A stretch of DNA of 64,000 bases. Origin: Adineta vaga (lineage: Eukaryota; Animalia; Rotifera). The DNA lies in assembly GCA_021613535.1 (NCBI GenBank), contig CP075492.1, positions 9,300,001 through 9,364,000 of the forward strand, read 5' to 3'. The notes beneath the pieces are model-generated. The model saw nothing but the letters and a program-made list of their open reading frames with translations. It was not told the DNA's origin and searched no databases. Positions 15,001-27,918 of the stretch are shown here, piece by piece; the first letter of the stretch is position 1, and every line of letters begins with the position of its first letter. Both the position numbers and the translations under genes were made by a program.

Positions 15001-18000
15001 GTATTAAAGTTGTTAGTGTAAATCGGACAACATCATTAAGAAACTGTTGACTATTTTGTTTTCGACGTTGTTCATACGATTGTTTATTAATAACTGTCCA
15101 TGAACCAAGTAAATCAGATGTGGTGGTTTCATGATTCAGATTTAAAACCAATAGACGTCTTCCACAAACTCGTGCTAATTCACAAATAATGGCTGTTTTT
15201 CCAGCACAATCATCACCTTCAATCAAAACTGTTGCTTTACTAACTGTTGCTGCAGCAAGTAATTGTAATTTTTCTAAAGTTCGTTGACTATGAACACAAG
15301 CTCGATAGTATGAAGGATATTCTTTCTTTTCAACATAAACAAAACCTAAACGAACATAACCTTGAAGATTTAAATCAGTATCAATCATTGTTTGTCGATT
15401 ATGATGATAAATTGTATTATCCAAAGGAAAACGTTGACGAATTAGATCTCGAACAAGTTCTTGATCCTGAATATTTTCAAAACGAGATGCATAAACAATA
15501 TCAAGATAAACGTGAAGACTTCGAATAAGATTTTGTTCTTCAATTCTATTTAAACTATCAACATCATTATCATTATTGTCATCAATCAAAGATGTTGTCA
15601 TTGAAGACGAATTCGTTTGTTCGGCGAGATTCATATGAGCTCGATGTATGACTGAAAGAGCTCCAATAAGATTTGATAATTTTTCAATATCTCTCAAATT
15701 AAAATCATAGGGTCCACCAATACGACCAATTTGTCTTAATCGAGCTTTTTCATTAATTTCATAATGAAAGATATTGATATTTTTAATTAATTTACTTGTT
15801 AAATAACCAGCGACAAGATGAGGATATAGAAGCGTTTTTGTAATTTGTTCAAATTCTTGAATTTCAAATGGAGCTAAATGAACTTGAAGAAAATGTGTTT
15901 GAGTTGATCGAGGTAATTTTTCTCTTCCGCCACCAGTTGATGTCGGGTTCATTGCAGCAACAACAATTGAACCTTTTATTGGAATTCGTTTTGCTAATGC
16001 TGGTATAAAGAATTCTTCTTCGTTTGCAAACAATGGTGTTAATTGATTCAAAAGATCTTTACTAGCTAAATTTAATTCATCAAATAAAAGAACGGTATTT
16101 TCAAGATTCTTTGTCAAAGCCATGTAGAGAGGACCTTCTTGAAATTCAAATGATCGTTGTCCATGAACAACACGTGGAACAAATGAACCAATTAAATCTT
16201 CAAATGTTGTATTACTACTGAAATTAATACGAACAACATTATAACCTAACATTTCAGCTAAAACTTCGATAATTCGCGTTTTTCCAACACCAGGTGGACC
16301 TATGAGAAGTTGTCGTTTTGATGAATGCAATGAAAATAAAATTCGTGATATATTATTTAAAACAGATTTTGTCACAGCTAATGGAAATTTGTAATCTTTT
16401 GATAGAGGTTTCGGTTGAGGAGCAAATGGTGCAATTAATTTATTAAATTTTAATCTCAAAACTAAATGTTTTCTTTCATTCGATGTTCTTGGATGTAGAA
16501 TTATTTCGTCTTCTTGACACCATTGATTGAGTTCAGTATAAACACCTAATTCTTCGAATTGTTCATCAAATTTCATACAATCATATGAACATTTGAATGC
16601 TGTACGAACTTTTTCCCAAGCAACATTTGCTGATTGTAGTTTTGATATAATTGACTTTTGCGTTTGAGTAACATTGTCAAGAAAAAGAAATTTCGCACAA
16701 AGTGCAGCTGCTTCTTCTATTGGCATTGATTGCCGATGTAAATGTAAACATTCAGCAAATTGAATAAAATGTCGAGAATTTAATTCATCGATTATCATTG
16801 TTTGTGAAATGATTGGTGAAAGTTCTTGAGCAAGTATCTCAATTTTTTCATCGAATTTTGCTTTGTCTCCAGTATTTGTTTCAATCTTTTTTGCTAATTC
16901 TTTCATTTCAGTATAGTTATAAGGTTGAACACGAATTTCCGTCATACGTGAACGAGTAGCTGCACTTAATTGTAAACGATGTTCGGTTCGTTCATCGATA
17001 TGTACAGTTGCAAACACTTGAAAACTTGGAAGAATTGGAATTTTTGATCGATGTGCATTATTGTCATTTATTGAATCTCCACTAATAAAATCTTCATAGA
17101 GAGTAAATGATGGTTCAGTTTCGAATAAACTATTTAAACGTTCAATAACTGCTTGTGATGGTTCGTTTATATCTTCTAAAACTAAAATTTGTCCTTCCTT
17201 CACGGCGCTTGTTACAGGTCCATCTTGAAAGAGAAAAATATTCGTTTTTCCATCTTGAATTGCTTTTCGAATTTCTTTTATTATTGTCTCACAACGAATT
17301 TTGATTAGATTAACACCATTTTCGTATTGAACAAGACCACATAAATGACTCAACTGTTTAATTGTTCGTTGTAATGTTTCATCAATTAACTTAAAAGCTT
17401 CAGATATTGGATTGACATCAATCGGAATGTTTAATGAGGAAGTCGAAGTTGATCTTGAGAGATCTGAAAACATTTGTGTAGCATGAACAAATGTTAAAAG
17501 TTGGTCTTCTCTTGACATTGGTATTTGATTTCGGACTGGTTCTTGGTCATCATCGTCATCATCATCATCAGCAGCAAATGGATCTTTTACTTTCTCTCGA
17601 ATTACTGAGACTATAGCAGTGGGTTTAACAATCGGAGCATTTGGTTGAATGATTCCATCATCATCATCATCATCAGCCGCAAAAGGATCATGAATTTTCT
17701 TTCTTTTTACTGTTGTTGTTGTTGTAAATTGAGGAATCGATACATTTTTCGCATTTTCATCTACATCATTATCATCATCAGCCGCAAAAGGATCGTGTAT
17801 TTTTTTTGGTTGTACTGTTGTGGTTGTTAACTGAGATGTTGATGCTCTTTTTGTATTTTGATTATCATCATCATCATCGTCAGCCGCAAAAGGATTGGAA
17901 GATTTTTTTTGATTTTGCTGATTTCGAACAATATCATTAATTTCCGCGATACTTTCAATTCGATCAATCTCATCATCATTATCTTTAATAGATCTATAAA

Positions 18001-21000
18001 ACGACGAAATTGGTGGTGTTAATGAACGAGGACTTATCACGTGTACTAGATCAGATAAAACGTCATCATCAATGGAAGTGAATAAAAGATTTGAAGGAAT
18101 AGTTTCTGATATTGGTTGTTGTAACGTTGCTCGTTTTGATCGAGTTCTATTTGTTTGTTCTTTCAATGCTTCAATAAATTTATTTGTATCTCTTTCAAGA
18201 GGTTCAATATATAGTTCACGAAAACGATCTAAATCTTTATGATTTGATTGTGAAATCAAATAATCACAACTATTGACACGATTATGAAATTGACTTAAGG
18301 AGCTAACTAATAAATTCAACGCATCTGCAAGTGTATAAGGTCTAAACAAAAAAGGAATAGTAGGTCAATACATTTACTTTTTCTAGCAGGGTTTTTCAAA
18401 AACCAAATTACCTGATTGAGCCAATTAAATCATTTGTTTCTGTTGATGTTGAACATGTAAGTGTACAAAGATTTGATTGTTTATTTGTTAATTTAGCCCA
18501 AACTTTAATTAAATGAGATTTATAACATGTTGGACCTAATAGAAGAACAGGTTCATGTTGTTCAACAGCAGCAAATATTCTCCAAAGGGCAAGAAGAAAA
18601 CTTTTTGGTGCACTAGATAATTGCAATTGTTCGACAGCATTACGATTCGTAAAATCATAAGAAATAGTTAAATCTGGTGAACGAAATAGAGAAATTTGTT
18701 TTTCGTCAATTCTGATTTGAATTGGTGCATCAATTAAACCTGGTAAAGCATGTTGATCTTTAAGACAAACAAGAAAATCTTGATAATACTGTTTTGGTAC
18801 TCTCGATTCCAATAGTCTTAATGCATGTTCTTCCCATGAAACATCTGGTTTTTTCTGTTTTCGACCAATCCATTTAATAACTTCACGCATTGTTAGAATT
18901 AATTTCGGTGCACCTAATAAACCAGGAAATTTATTTTCAATAGATTGATTAACAATTGTGATTGTTGAAGCAATACGTGGAGCAAATTTTTCTAAATCTA
19001 GGTTTAATCTTTGAGAACCAGGCAATTTTCTTTGCATAATAATAAACGTTAATTCATCTTGAGAAAAGTTTTCAAAAAAGATTTCTAAAAATCGTGAACG
19101 TAATGTTTTTGGAAGTTGTTTTCGTCCAATATAAGTTGTACCATTTTGAGTTGCAAAAAAACGAAAACCATCTTTAGCAAGAAGAATTCGTCCTGTATTT
19201 GGTACAGTTAAATGTTTTTGACCTTCTAAAATTGGATAAAGTACATTCATAACAGCTGGTTCAGCTAAATCAAATTCATCAGCAACAAACCAATGACCTT
19301 CAGACATAGCACAAGATAATGAACCTGGAAGAAATTCACCATTTGGCATATAAGAACCAAAATAATCTTGTACAGTTGTTCCTTTTGTATTATTAACACG
19401 ATAAAGACGTTTATTTTGACAATGAGCTACGTATTCGACTAAACTTGTTTTACCAGTTGCTGCTGGACCTTCAAGAGAACAGGTCGAGAACAAATAACTG
19501 ATGCACAAAGACGTTTTGCTGCTTCATAACGTGCTCGTGTTTGAATAGGATCAATAATATGTTCTCTATGTTCCTTACGTTGTTCTGGTGTAACAAATAC
19601 ATCAAAAAAATTTATTACTACAGGCTGAGCTTTTTCTCTTAGATAAATTTGTATGTTTGTAGAAATTTTCGTATCTTTTGGAAAGACTAATTCTAAACCA
19701 GCAAGTAGCATTGAATAGATATTCGGTTGTAGATCTTTCATGTATGTTGAATGTTGTAATTGAAAAGTACAATCGAACCATTGCACAATGTGTCGTATTG
19801 TTATTGATTCAGATTTTAATTGATTATGAAGATAATTAATCAATGGTTCATCTTCAATGGGAAAGTAAGATCGAAAGAGATTTCGATAAGTTTCTATTGA
19901 TGTTACGCTTAAACCTGAATAGTAAAGAATTAAAAATCGATTATATAAAGCAGGTGATAATTCATGATTTGTTTCAATAGATGCATTTTGTAAACGTTCA
20001 GATGGTGGTGACATTGTTGCAATAATACGAAAATGAGGTGAAATTTTCATTGACTTTGTTTCATTATTTTCAACTTTAATCCATTGTGCTGGCTGTTCGA
20101 GAACAGAATTGAGTCGTTCAAGTACAGCTGATGATGCTTCAGAAAAATTTTCAAGAATTAACCAATAACCTTTTTCAGCAGCTTCACTCACCGCACCATC
20201 TTGCCATTCAGGAAATTCTGGATGTGGAACAATTGAACCAACTAAAGCGGATGGTTCTGTTTGTGGTGTTATGTACAAATGTCGGCAACGAACTTGTGCC
20301 ACTGTTGCAATCGATCGTACAAGATGACTTTTTCCTGATCCTTCGGGACCGACAATTAAAATCGGTTGAGTCGGGGATGAAGATAATATATATTGAACAA
20401 TTCGACATGCTTCAACATCAAGATAAAATGCTGGACGAGCTGATGAAAGTGATGGAATTGATCCTTTTATATCAATATCAGAATTAGAATATTCTCGAAT
20501 TATATGATCAATAATCTTATTTCTTTGTGTTTGATTTCGACATAAACTACTGTAGGTTTCCAGAGTAATCTCGATAAAACGACTTTTTCTTCTCCATAAT
20601 GTTTGTCTAAAACTGACCATAATAATGTATAGGAACAGTCATATATTTGTTGGAGTTTGTCTTCTTCATGAAGTGTTCGAAAAGCAAAATTATGTATTCG
20701 AACAATTCTTTCTAATTCTTCCATTCGATGAGGTTCAGATAATTGACGTGGCCATTCTTCTCGAATACGTTTGAGAGAGATCGTTGAAATTTGTAGTAAT
20801 AAACGTTGATTCAATCGAAATCCAATTTTATCGCGTATTTCAAAATCCATTGTCAATACTCGATCAAAGATTGGATTTGTACGAAAAACTTCTTTAATTT
20901 CATTTGCAATTTTTTCTTGACTCATTTGTTGACGAAAACGTGCTCCATACATAATAAAAGCTTGTTCAATTACAATACTATCGATTTCTTTTGCTGAAAG

Positions 21001-24000
21001 TTTTTCAACTGATTGCGGTGTATTAGTAAACATTTTTTCATAATTACATAAACTTTGACACCAACGAAAAAGTTCTCGAATTGTAATTTCACCATAATTT
21101 CGATTATTTTCAGGAAAATTTGCATTTTTTACCAAATTCATCAAATTTTCATGAAGTTTTACCATGGAATTCGTTAGATCGGTGAATAGAACTTTCTGAA
21201 GAGTTAGACGACTTTGAATAATGTCAACTAATTCCGTAGGTTCAGGAGCGTCAACAATAAAAATACTAAAACGACTGAGTAAAGCAGCTGATTGTTGATC
21301 ACGTGCACCTTTATACTGACCAATTGAAGGATTTTGTGTAGCAAAGAGACGAAATTCCGAATGCATTTTATATGTTCGATAATTGACTTCAGTTTGTGTT
21401 TCATCTTCATTTTCAACATTTGGTAAAATTAAAACACCTGATTCAATTGCTTGTTCCATTGCTTGAAGAACATTCGGTGGTGCTAAGTTCATTTCATCTA
21501 ATAGAAGCCAAAGACCATGACAATATGCATATGTAAATGGACCTTCTTCAAAATCTAATTCAATAGAATTCTTCTTTTGAAATTTAAATGAACCAAAAAG
21601 AGCAGCCACATCAGTTTTTGATGATAAATTAAAACGAATTAAAGGTCTTTTAAGATCAGCAGCAACATCAAAAATTAAACTTGTTTTTCCAACACCTGTC
21701 GCTCCTTGCAATAGTAAATGAATTGGTGTTCGAATACATTCAAGAATACGTTTACGATTTAAAAGCATTGTTTTTGTTTGAACTAGTTTTGGAAATGTTT
21801 CACGTTTAGGAATTAAAGATTGTATATCCAATGGCCATTGATCTATGGATTGTTCAATTTGATTCAAAGAAGAATCGTCGTCTTTCGATGAATCCTCATC
21901 TATAAAAGATTTTTCTAAATCTGCGATTAAATTTTGAAAATCAACTCGATTGATTAAACAAAAATTAATTTTTGAATTGGAACGAAAGTTTTCACGTTCA
22001 ACAAGATATGTCGAATAAGAACAAGTTTGATCTTGAATTGATTGAGAGTTTGTTGAAATAGGAATATCCTCTCGTAAATGAACATCATTTTTATCTTTCA
22101 TTGTTTTTAAAAATTTAGTTAAATCATTTGGTTGAATACTTAATGAAATACTTAATAATCGAGCAATATTCAATCGAATTGTTGAATCTTGATGAAGAAG
22201 TGAAGAGAAAAATATTGATATTGATTGTTGAATAAATAAAGAAAGAAATTGAAAGATTGATAAAGAAAGAAAATGAACTGTTTGTTGAAGTTTTTCTTCT
22301 AAAAATTTGATTAATTCATGTTTATAAATGCCAAAATAATCCACGGTAATTGTCGGTTGAAGATAATATGAAAATGGTTGATTGTTGATTTGTTGAAAAA
22401 TTTCATTATCATTTTCTTGGAAATTTTCATTGGTTATTAATGATAAAAATAATAATTGTTCTAACCAATATTTCACAAGATCTTGTTGTTTAGATTCAAG
22501 AAGAAAAAGACAGAATTTAAACATGTCTTCATATTTAATTGAGAGAAATAATGTCGATTGAACAATGAATTTCATATCATGAGAAGAAATTGTCGATGTT
22601 TTCAGTAATTTTTGATTGATAAATTGAAGAAGAATTAATGTACTTGTTGATAACAAACGTCGACGCAATGTAAAATCATCGAGAAATGTATTTTCTCTTT
22701 TATTACTGAAAATTTGTCGAAGAATTTCAATTAATGATTGACAAAGTTCAGTAAAATCTATGGTTGATGAATGAAGTTTTTGAGTCGATTGAGTCTCAAA
22801 TATTTTTTGTAATAATTCTAAAAATTCATTCAATAAACGATAATTTTGACGATAAATTGCAATTAATTGAAAAAAATTCTGTAAACTTGTCGAAATTTTC
22901 CATCGATAAAAACTATGTAGTCGACAAACTTCAAGTAAACGAATACTTAACATCTGAACATATTGATTATTTTGTTCTTTAGATAAAAGATCGAGCAAAA
23001 TTGTAATTGAATCATCGTCATGAAATTGAATAAGAAATTCTAAAGGATTTTGTAAATTATTCAAATTTAAATGAAATAAATGAATAAATAATGATCGATG
23101 AATATTTTGACAAAATTCCTGAAAACTAATTGTAGTTATTGTCATGGGTAATAATAAACGAGCAAAATTTTCATGTATTAAATCGACAAAGAACTGATAA
23201 TATTGTTGATGATTTGAAGAAATTTCTTGAATTTTTTTCGAAGTTTCACTTAATCTTAAAGCTAACATTGATAATAGATGACATACATCATCAATATCCC
23301 ATTTTAGTGAAACTTTTAAACAAGTATTTAATAAGATTGAATCGATTTCAAATGTATGTTTTGTAATTCGTGTTTCTATGAGTGATGTTATAATTTTCGA
23401 TGTCACCACTGGTGTTAATAAAACTTCTTCGGATAATTCAAGATCATCAATTAAAGAACAGATTAACTTTGTACTCATTTTTCGAATTGCTATATCATCA
23501 TGATTGAACATAAAAAGAAAGAATTCTTTAACATCATCTTCAGCAAATCTTGATGAAGATGAAAAATAATCCAATGTAGTCTGTTGTATTTTTTCTAAAA
23601 GAAAATTCCATTGTGATCTTTTCTCGGAATTATCAAACTGTATCGAAGCATGAAGTAAAAGCGTAGCTAATGATGTTAGAAACGTTGGACGGGCATGAAT
23701 ATCATTATTACGATAGGTAAATTCACATTCATCTGTCCATTGGACACGACAATCTACGGAAATTATTGTATTTGTATGATGATTATTATTGTTATTATTT
23801 ATTCGACTTGGTTTATATTTAAATTGATTAACAAATTGATTTTCCATAGATTTTAATAATCCATCTTCTTGAGTTTTAGTTCTATCGATAACATCGATTT
23901 TAACAATTCGATGACGTTTTAAAGCAAATGAAAGTATCAATGATAAACACCGATTATCATTAATCAATGCTTCCTTAATAAAATCTTCACGACATAATTG

Positions 24001-24692
24001 AATTAAAAGATCTTCTAAACTGGTTAGTTCACCATCGTTTTTTCGTGATTTTTTATTTCGAGCATTTTCAAGAAAACCTGCATATTGTTCAGCTATATCA
24101 ACTGGATATGTCACAGGATTCGAAATGGTTTGATATGTTTCAGAGCTAATAGAAAATGGAAATGCTCGTTTGGATCTGAATCTTTCTTTGTTTGTCGATG
24201 GATTCACACCGAGTGATATTCCTAACCATTTTTCTTTTGACCATGTTTCAACGTGATTATTGGTATTGGAGCATAAAGTTTTGAACGAGAAATAATAGCA
24301 GTTATTGAAAAATAATAATTGGCATTCTCGAGCACTGAACTGTGAGCAAATAATCGATTAAATATTTGAAAAAAAGCAGATGAAAATATTTTATGTGTGG
24401 AATAAAATCCATAACATGGTAAAATCAATGTGTCAATTAAAATTGAGACTAATAATATGTCATCATCAGTTTGATTAACATATTCAAGTTCTTCTTTCAA
24501 AGTTTTAAATGAATCTTCTATTGATTTCAGTTGAGCTTCGTTTGCTGTTGTGACATTCAATTGGGAAAAGTTACGTAAATTTTCAAGTGATTTCGACAAT
24601 GGTGTTTGCTTTGAATTGAAAAATAAATTATAAAATTTTGATGAAATTTCCCGAGTGGGAACTTCTTTTGAAGTTGTTGCACGTTCTGCCAT
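1..24692 (-). CDS. Giant midasin/MoxR(dynein-related)-like six-module AAA+ protein with ASH/Ig-like array; >8,100 aa, 3' end outside window
   Basis: Seven consecutive minus-strand ORFs plus an apparently open frame from ~3600 to position 1 (same frame at both ends; not every codon checked) join through two GT-AG introns (18342-18411, 14874-14925) and five 1-nt-deficit frameshifts (~24232, ~20586, ~19475, ~6460, ~3600). Six P-loop modules: GATGVGKT (~21690), GPEGSGKS (~20340), GPAATGKT (~19460), degenerate GPTCYKS (~18525), GPPGVGKT (~16290), GDDCAGKT (~15205). Midasin-type Walker B/sensor strings are present (WLLLDEMNLA, ERLNSLxE, FRLFATQNP). Confidence 0.85.
3810..5470 (-). other. Tandem ASH/PapD-like Ig-fold domains (about five) within the giant protein
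   Basis: Beta-rich ~100-aa units with the signature hydrophobic-x-N-x-G/S: IEIFNDSD, FTITNPTS, FIVRNTGE, ITLYNKGP, IVIRNTGN; two are preceded by DFG/HCG and several are followed by 'L.P.E...L.I.F'-type strands. Confidence 0.65.
17550..17900 (-). repeat. Four coding repeats (N/D)PFAAD(n) inside the insertion of AAA module 4
   Basis: NPFAADDDDDD, DPFAADDDND, DPFAADDDDDD, DPFAADDDDDDDD; plus strand shows repeated tcagc(c/a)gcaaa(a/t)ggat next to (tca)n. Confidence 0.9.
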
Positions 24693-25150
24693 ACAGTAAT
24701 CTTTCGATTACTCCATTTAGTTATAGTCAATGTTTCTATCTATCTATCAATCTGAAAAAGATAAATTCAAAATTTATAAATAATTTTAGTATTTTATTTT
24801 TGTTTGACTTCTATACTACGGTTGCAACTGAAGAGCAAATACTCATCCTATAATCATATTCCATCCCTTCTTCAAAACGGACCTCGCAGACAAATAAAGT
24901 TAAAATCTTATTATTGTACGCACGTTTTTCATTTTATTTTGTTCTATTCGAATTCTAAACATAAGTTTTGTTTTGGAAAGAAATAACCTTACATATATTA
25001 CTCAATTCAAATCTTTGCGAAACGAAAACTTCCTTTCTACAATATCTAACATTTTTCAAAATCGTTCGAATAATCATCAGTTCGTATTTTGTCTAGTGAA
25101 ACAGTCAAACTAAAAAATAAATAACCGATATTTTACTTTGTAATTACGAT

Positions 25151-25530
25151 GAAAGCAAAACAGCTAATTTTTAGCGAGGTAATAGTCCAATAAATGAAAA
25201 CACAGAAAGAAAGAACGAAAGAAAGAAAAAACCAACAAAAAAACCTTTCATACAGGGAAAAAGCTAACAGAACGAGACAGACTTGATAACAAACTATCGC
25301 ATGAAAATTTTTGTGCATTATAAAGATAAAATTATTTGGTAAGAAAAAATTCACATCTTCATAATGATGATTGGGATTAATGCAATTCAACTACTAACTG
25401 AGTTGTATTCTTTTATTTAACACTATTCGCATAATACCTTGTGTGTGCGTATTTTTTTCATACTGTCATGACATTCATTTGTTGTCTGTTTTGTTCTTGC
25501 ACAATCGATGTACTTATTCTCGTGAATATC
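25151..25530 (-). promoter_or_regulatory. Shared ~370-bp upstream element, inverted and diverged copy, between the giant AAA gene and the small AAA gene
   Basis: Its reverse complement aligns by eye with 31314-31670 and 39512-39864 (e.g. tattcacgagaataag, tgtgcaagaacaaaa, aagaatacaactcagttagt, aataattttatcttt, tctgtgttttcatttattggac). A regulatory role is inferred from position. Confidence 0.7.
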
Positions 25531-25961
25531 AATACATTTGCTTGTGCAGTGTCTATTAACACGCAGCAAGACGAAAGAAAGAAAAAAGGAAGAGAAATTA
25601 GTATCAGTGTTTGTTTTTCAGGTGTTCTAGTAGAATGTAAGTTAGCTTGCTGGTAGACACAAACAGTTTACCTAGAAATATAACAAAAACCTGAGGAGTC
25701 AAATTAGATTACGAAAGTTTCGATAGTATTAGATTTGAGAACAAAAACTAACATATAGAATTCCCCTCTTCGTTTCATTGAGTCAATAAGGCGAATGCAA
25801 ACTCAATACAGCCTTCTCTTTCTGTTCTATCACAATTTGTTGATAGGATTTTGTTTCTGTTATTGCAAAGAAAAAAGTCAGACAAAATTTGTTTTTCGTT
25901 TCATTTTTAGATTTTTTCATCTATTTGTTTTATTTGAAATCATGTCCGATAATTCATCAGG

Positions 25962-27709
25962 TGAAGCCATTAGCAGCTGGAGAACTTGAACGTCCTTTAG
26001 TTGGTCAATCAGAAGCAATTATTTTAAGTCTTTGTATGCGTGGAAATCGTTTACCTCATTTGATGTGTTGTGTTTCAATTGATGAAATTGATTCATTAGC
26101 TCCAAGACGTGATGAAGATTCATCCGAAGGAAAAGTTGCTAAAATTAGTGTTTTGTTATCGGTTATTGAAGGTATTAAAGATGTACCTAATCTAATGTTT
26201 TTCTCGGCGACAAATCGTTTACATATGATGGATGAGGCTTTTCTACGTCGTATGTCCGGAAAATTCTTTGTTGGTCGTCCATCATCTAATTCGAGAAAGA
26301 AAATTCTTGAAAGTATTCCAGATCATATTATAAAGACGGAAATTCGAGAAAAATTAGCAACAGCGACAACAAATTTTAGTGGTGCTGCACTAAGGTAAAT
26401 TCTATTTTTTTTAGTAAACTTTATCGAATAAGAGTATTTTAGAGCGTTAACAAGCGCAATTACAGTTCATGACATAGCTGTACGTCGTAAAGAATCGGAA
26501 TATGAAATGAAAGAAGATGAAGCATTATTATTAGCTGATAAAGTAGCTCAACAATATCAATTATTCCTTGGTCTTGATACATTACCACGCTTAATTTTAC
26601 AGAATCTTTATGCACGTCAGCAATCGTTGTCAAAAAAAACTGAAACAATTAAAATTGGACTATTAGATGAATATCGTTTTACAGGAAAAATAATAATTAG
26701 TTTGGAAAAAAATGAGAGATGCGTTCGAATTGAAGGAATTCGATCGGAAAATGATGAACTCTATATTATTCCAGATAATTTAAATAATACTGAACAAAGT
26801 CTTCAACAATTACTTGAACGTATTACAACCTATGGAAAAGATCGTAATGTTCAATTGTTACAATTAATTGATTTAAATTTACTATCATCGAAAGGTGCAT
26901 ATGATGAAAAGAAAATCTTTGAAACATTAAAAGAACGTTATGATGAATGTATTGCATATAAACGTTCAATGATTGTTTATGATCTTGATTCATTAGTTGG
27001 TGTAAATCGATCGGAATCGGAATCATCTATGGGAACATCGGTTAGTTCATCGGTTGTTAATCAAAGTATTTATACCTATGTTGTCAGTCGTTTTCGTGAG
27101 GCGAAACTTGAAGCAAGTCAAGCGAACAAGAACGAAGTTAACGAACGATGGGCAATTGCTGTTTCACGTGATCAATTTTTATTGAAAAAATTTACAAGCG
27201 ATGTTAATTTTACATTAACAGACGATCAAGTAGAAGAACAAGAAAAAGAAAAACGTCGTTCAACAGTTCCAATATTTTGTGCAAAATGTCGAGATAATTA
27301 TCTTGAAACTGAGAATAAAATGAGTGCTTGTACTTATCATGATGGTTTTGTCTACGATAATTTGTCTGATGGTTTAGAGAGATGCTTTCCAAGTACAGCA
27401 ATTCAAATATTGAATAGAGAAGAGTCACTTCCACCACCAGATGCAGCACAAAAGGATCAGGTAGATCGCAGAAAAATTCGTTTCAAATATATATGCTGTT
27501 CTGCAACACTTCAAGTTGGTTCTGGTCATAATGGTTGTAAAAAAGGTGAACATAATTTCGGTGATGAAGATGAGAAAAAACGACATGCAGAAATGAAGAA
27601 GAAAGATTTAATTATCAAATGGGAAAATGTCTGCTTTTATAGCGATGATAATCTTGATGCATACAACGAGCTAATGGATTCAAGAGGAGATCCGTCACTT
27701 GTTCTCTGA
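25962..27709 (+). CDS. Classical-clade (NSF/Cdc48-like) AAA protein, 5'-incomplete (no Walker A), degenerate second AAA, C-terminal CHORD-like Zn motif; may be a truncated gene
   Basis: Walker B VSIDEIDSL, sensor-1 SATNR, DEAFLRR arginine finger, lid TNFSGAAL. Intron 26395-26442 joins the two ORFs in frame. NSF-D2-like SMIVYDLDSL. C-x2-C-x13-C-x2-H...CC-x12-C-x4-H at 27278-27553. Confidence 0.7.
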
Positions 27710-27918
27710 TCCACAGAAGCAAACGATTTATGAAAATATTTTTTTACTAGAATTTTTATAATGGATCCAATGTATTTCACTAAAAGTTAAAGTTAAATTC
27801 AGATCATATAGAAATATAATAAAACTAGATTGACAAAACACATAGAACATGATTCAATAAATATACAAAATAAAAGTAAAAGATATAAAGAAAAGGATGC
27901 CATGATAACAAACGGAAT

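Noticed and set aside
17550-17900. CRISPR-like repeat-spacer array
   Set aside because: The repeats are in-frame coding with related spacers and (GAT)n tracts; eukaryotic context, no cas genes.
1-24692. Calling the giant gene MDN1, or treating its ORFs as a bacterial-style operon
   Set aside because: Length and the ASH array do not fit MDN1. The ORF breaks are two spliceosomal introns and five single-base frameshifts, one falling directly before a Walker A motif.
25015-25035. ISRE/IRF-like gaaacgaaaact upstream of the giant gene
   Set aside because: Imperfect spacing, single copy, and expected by chance in AT-rich DNA.
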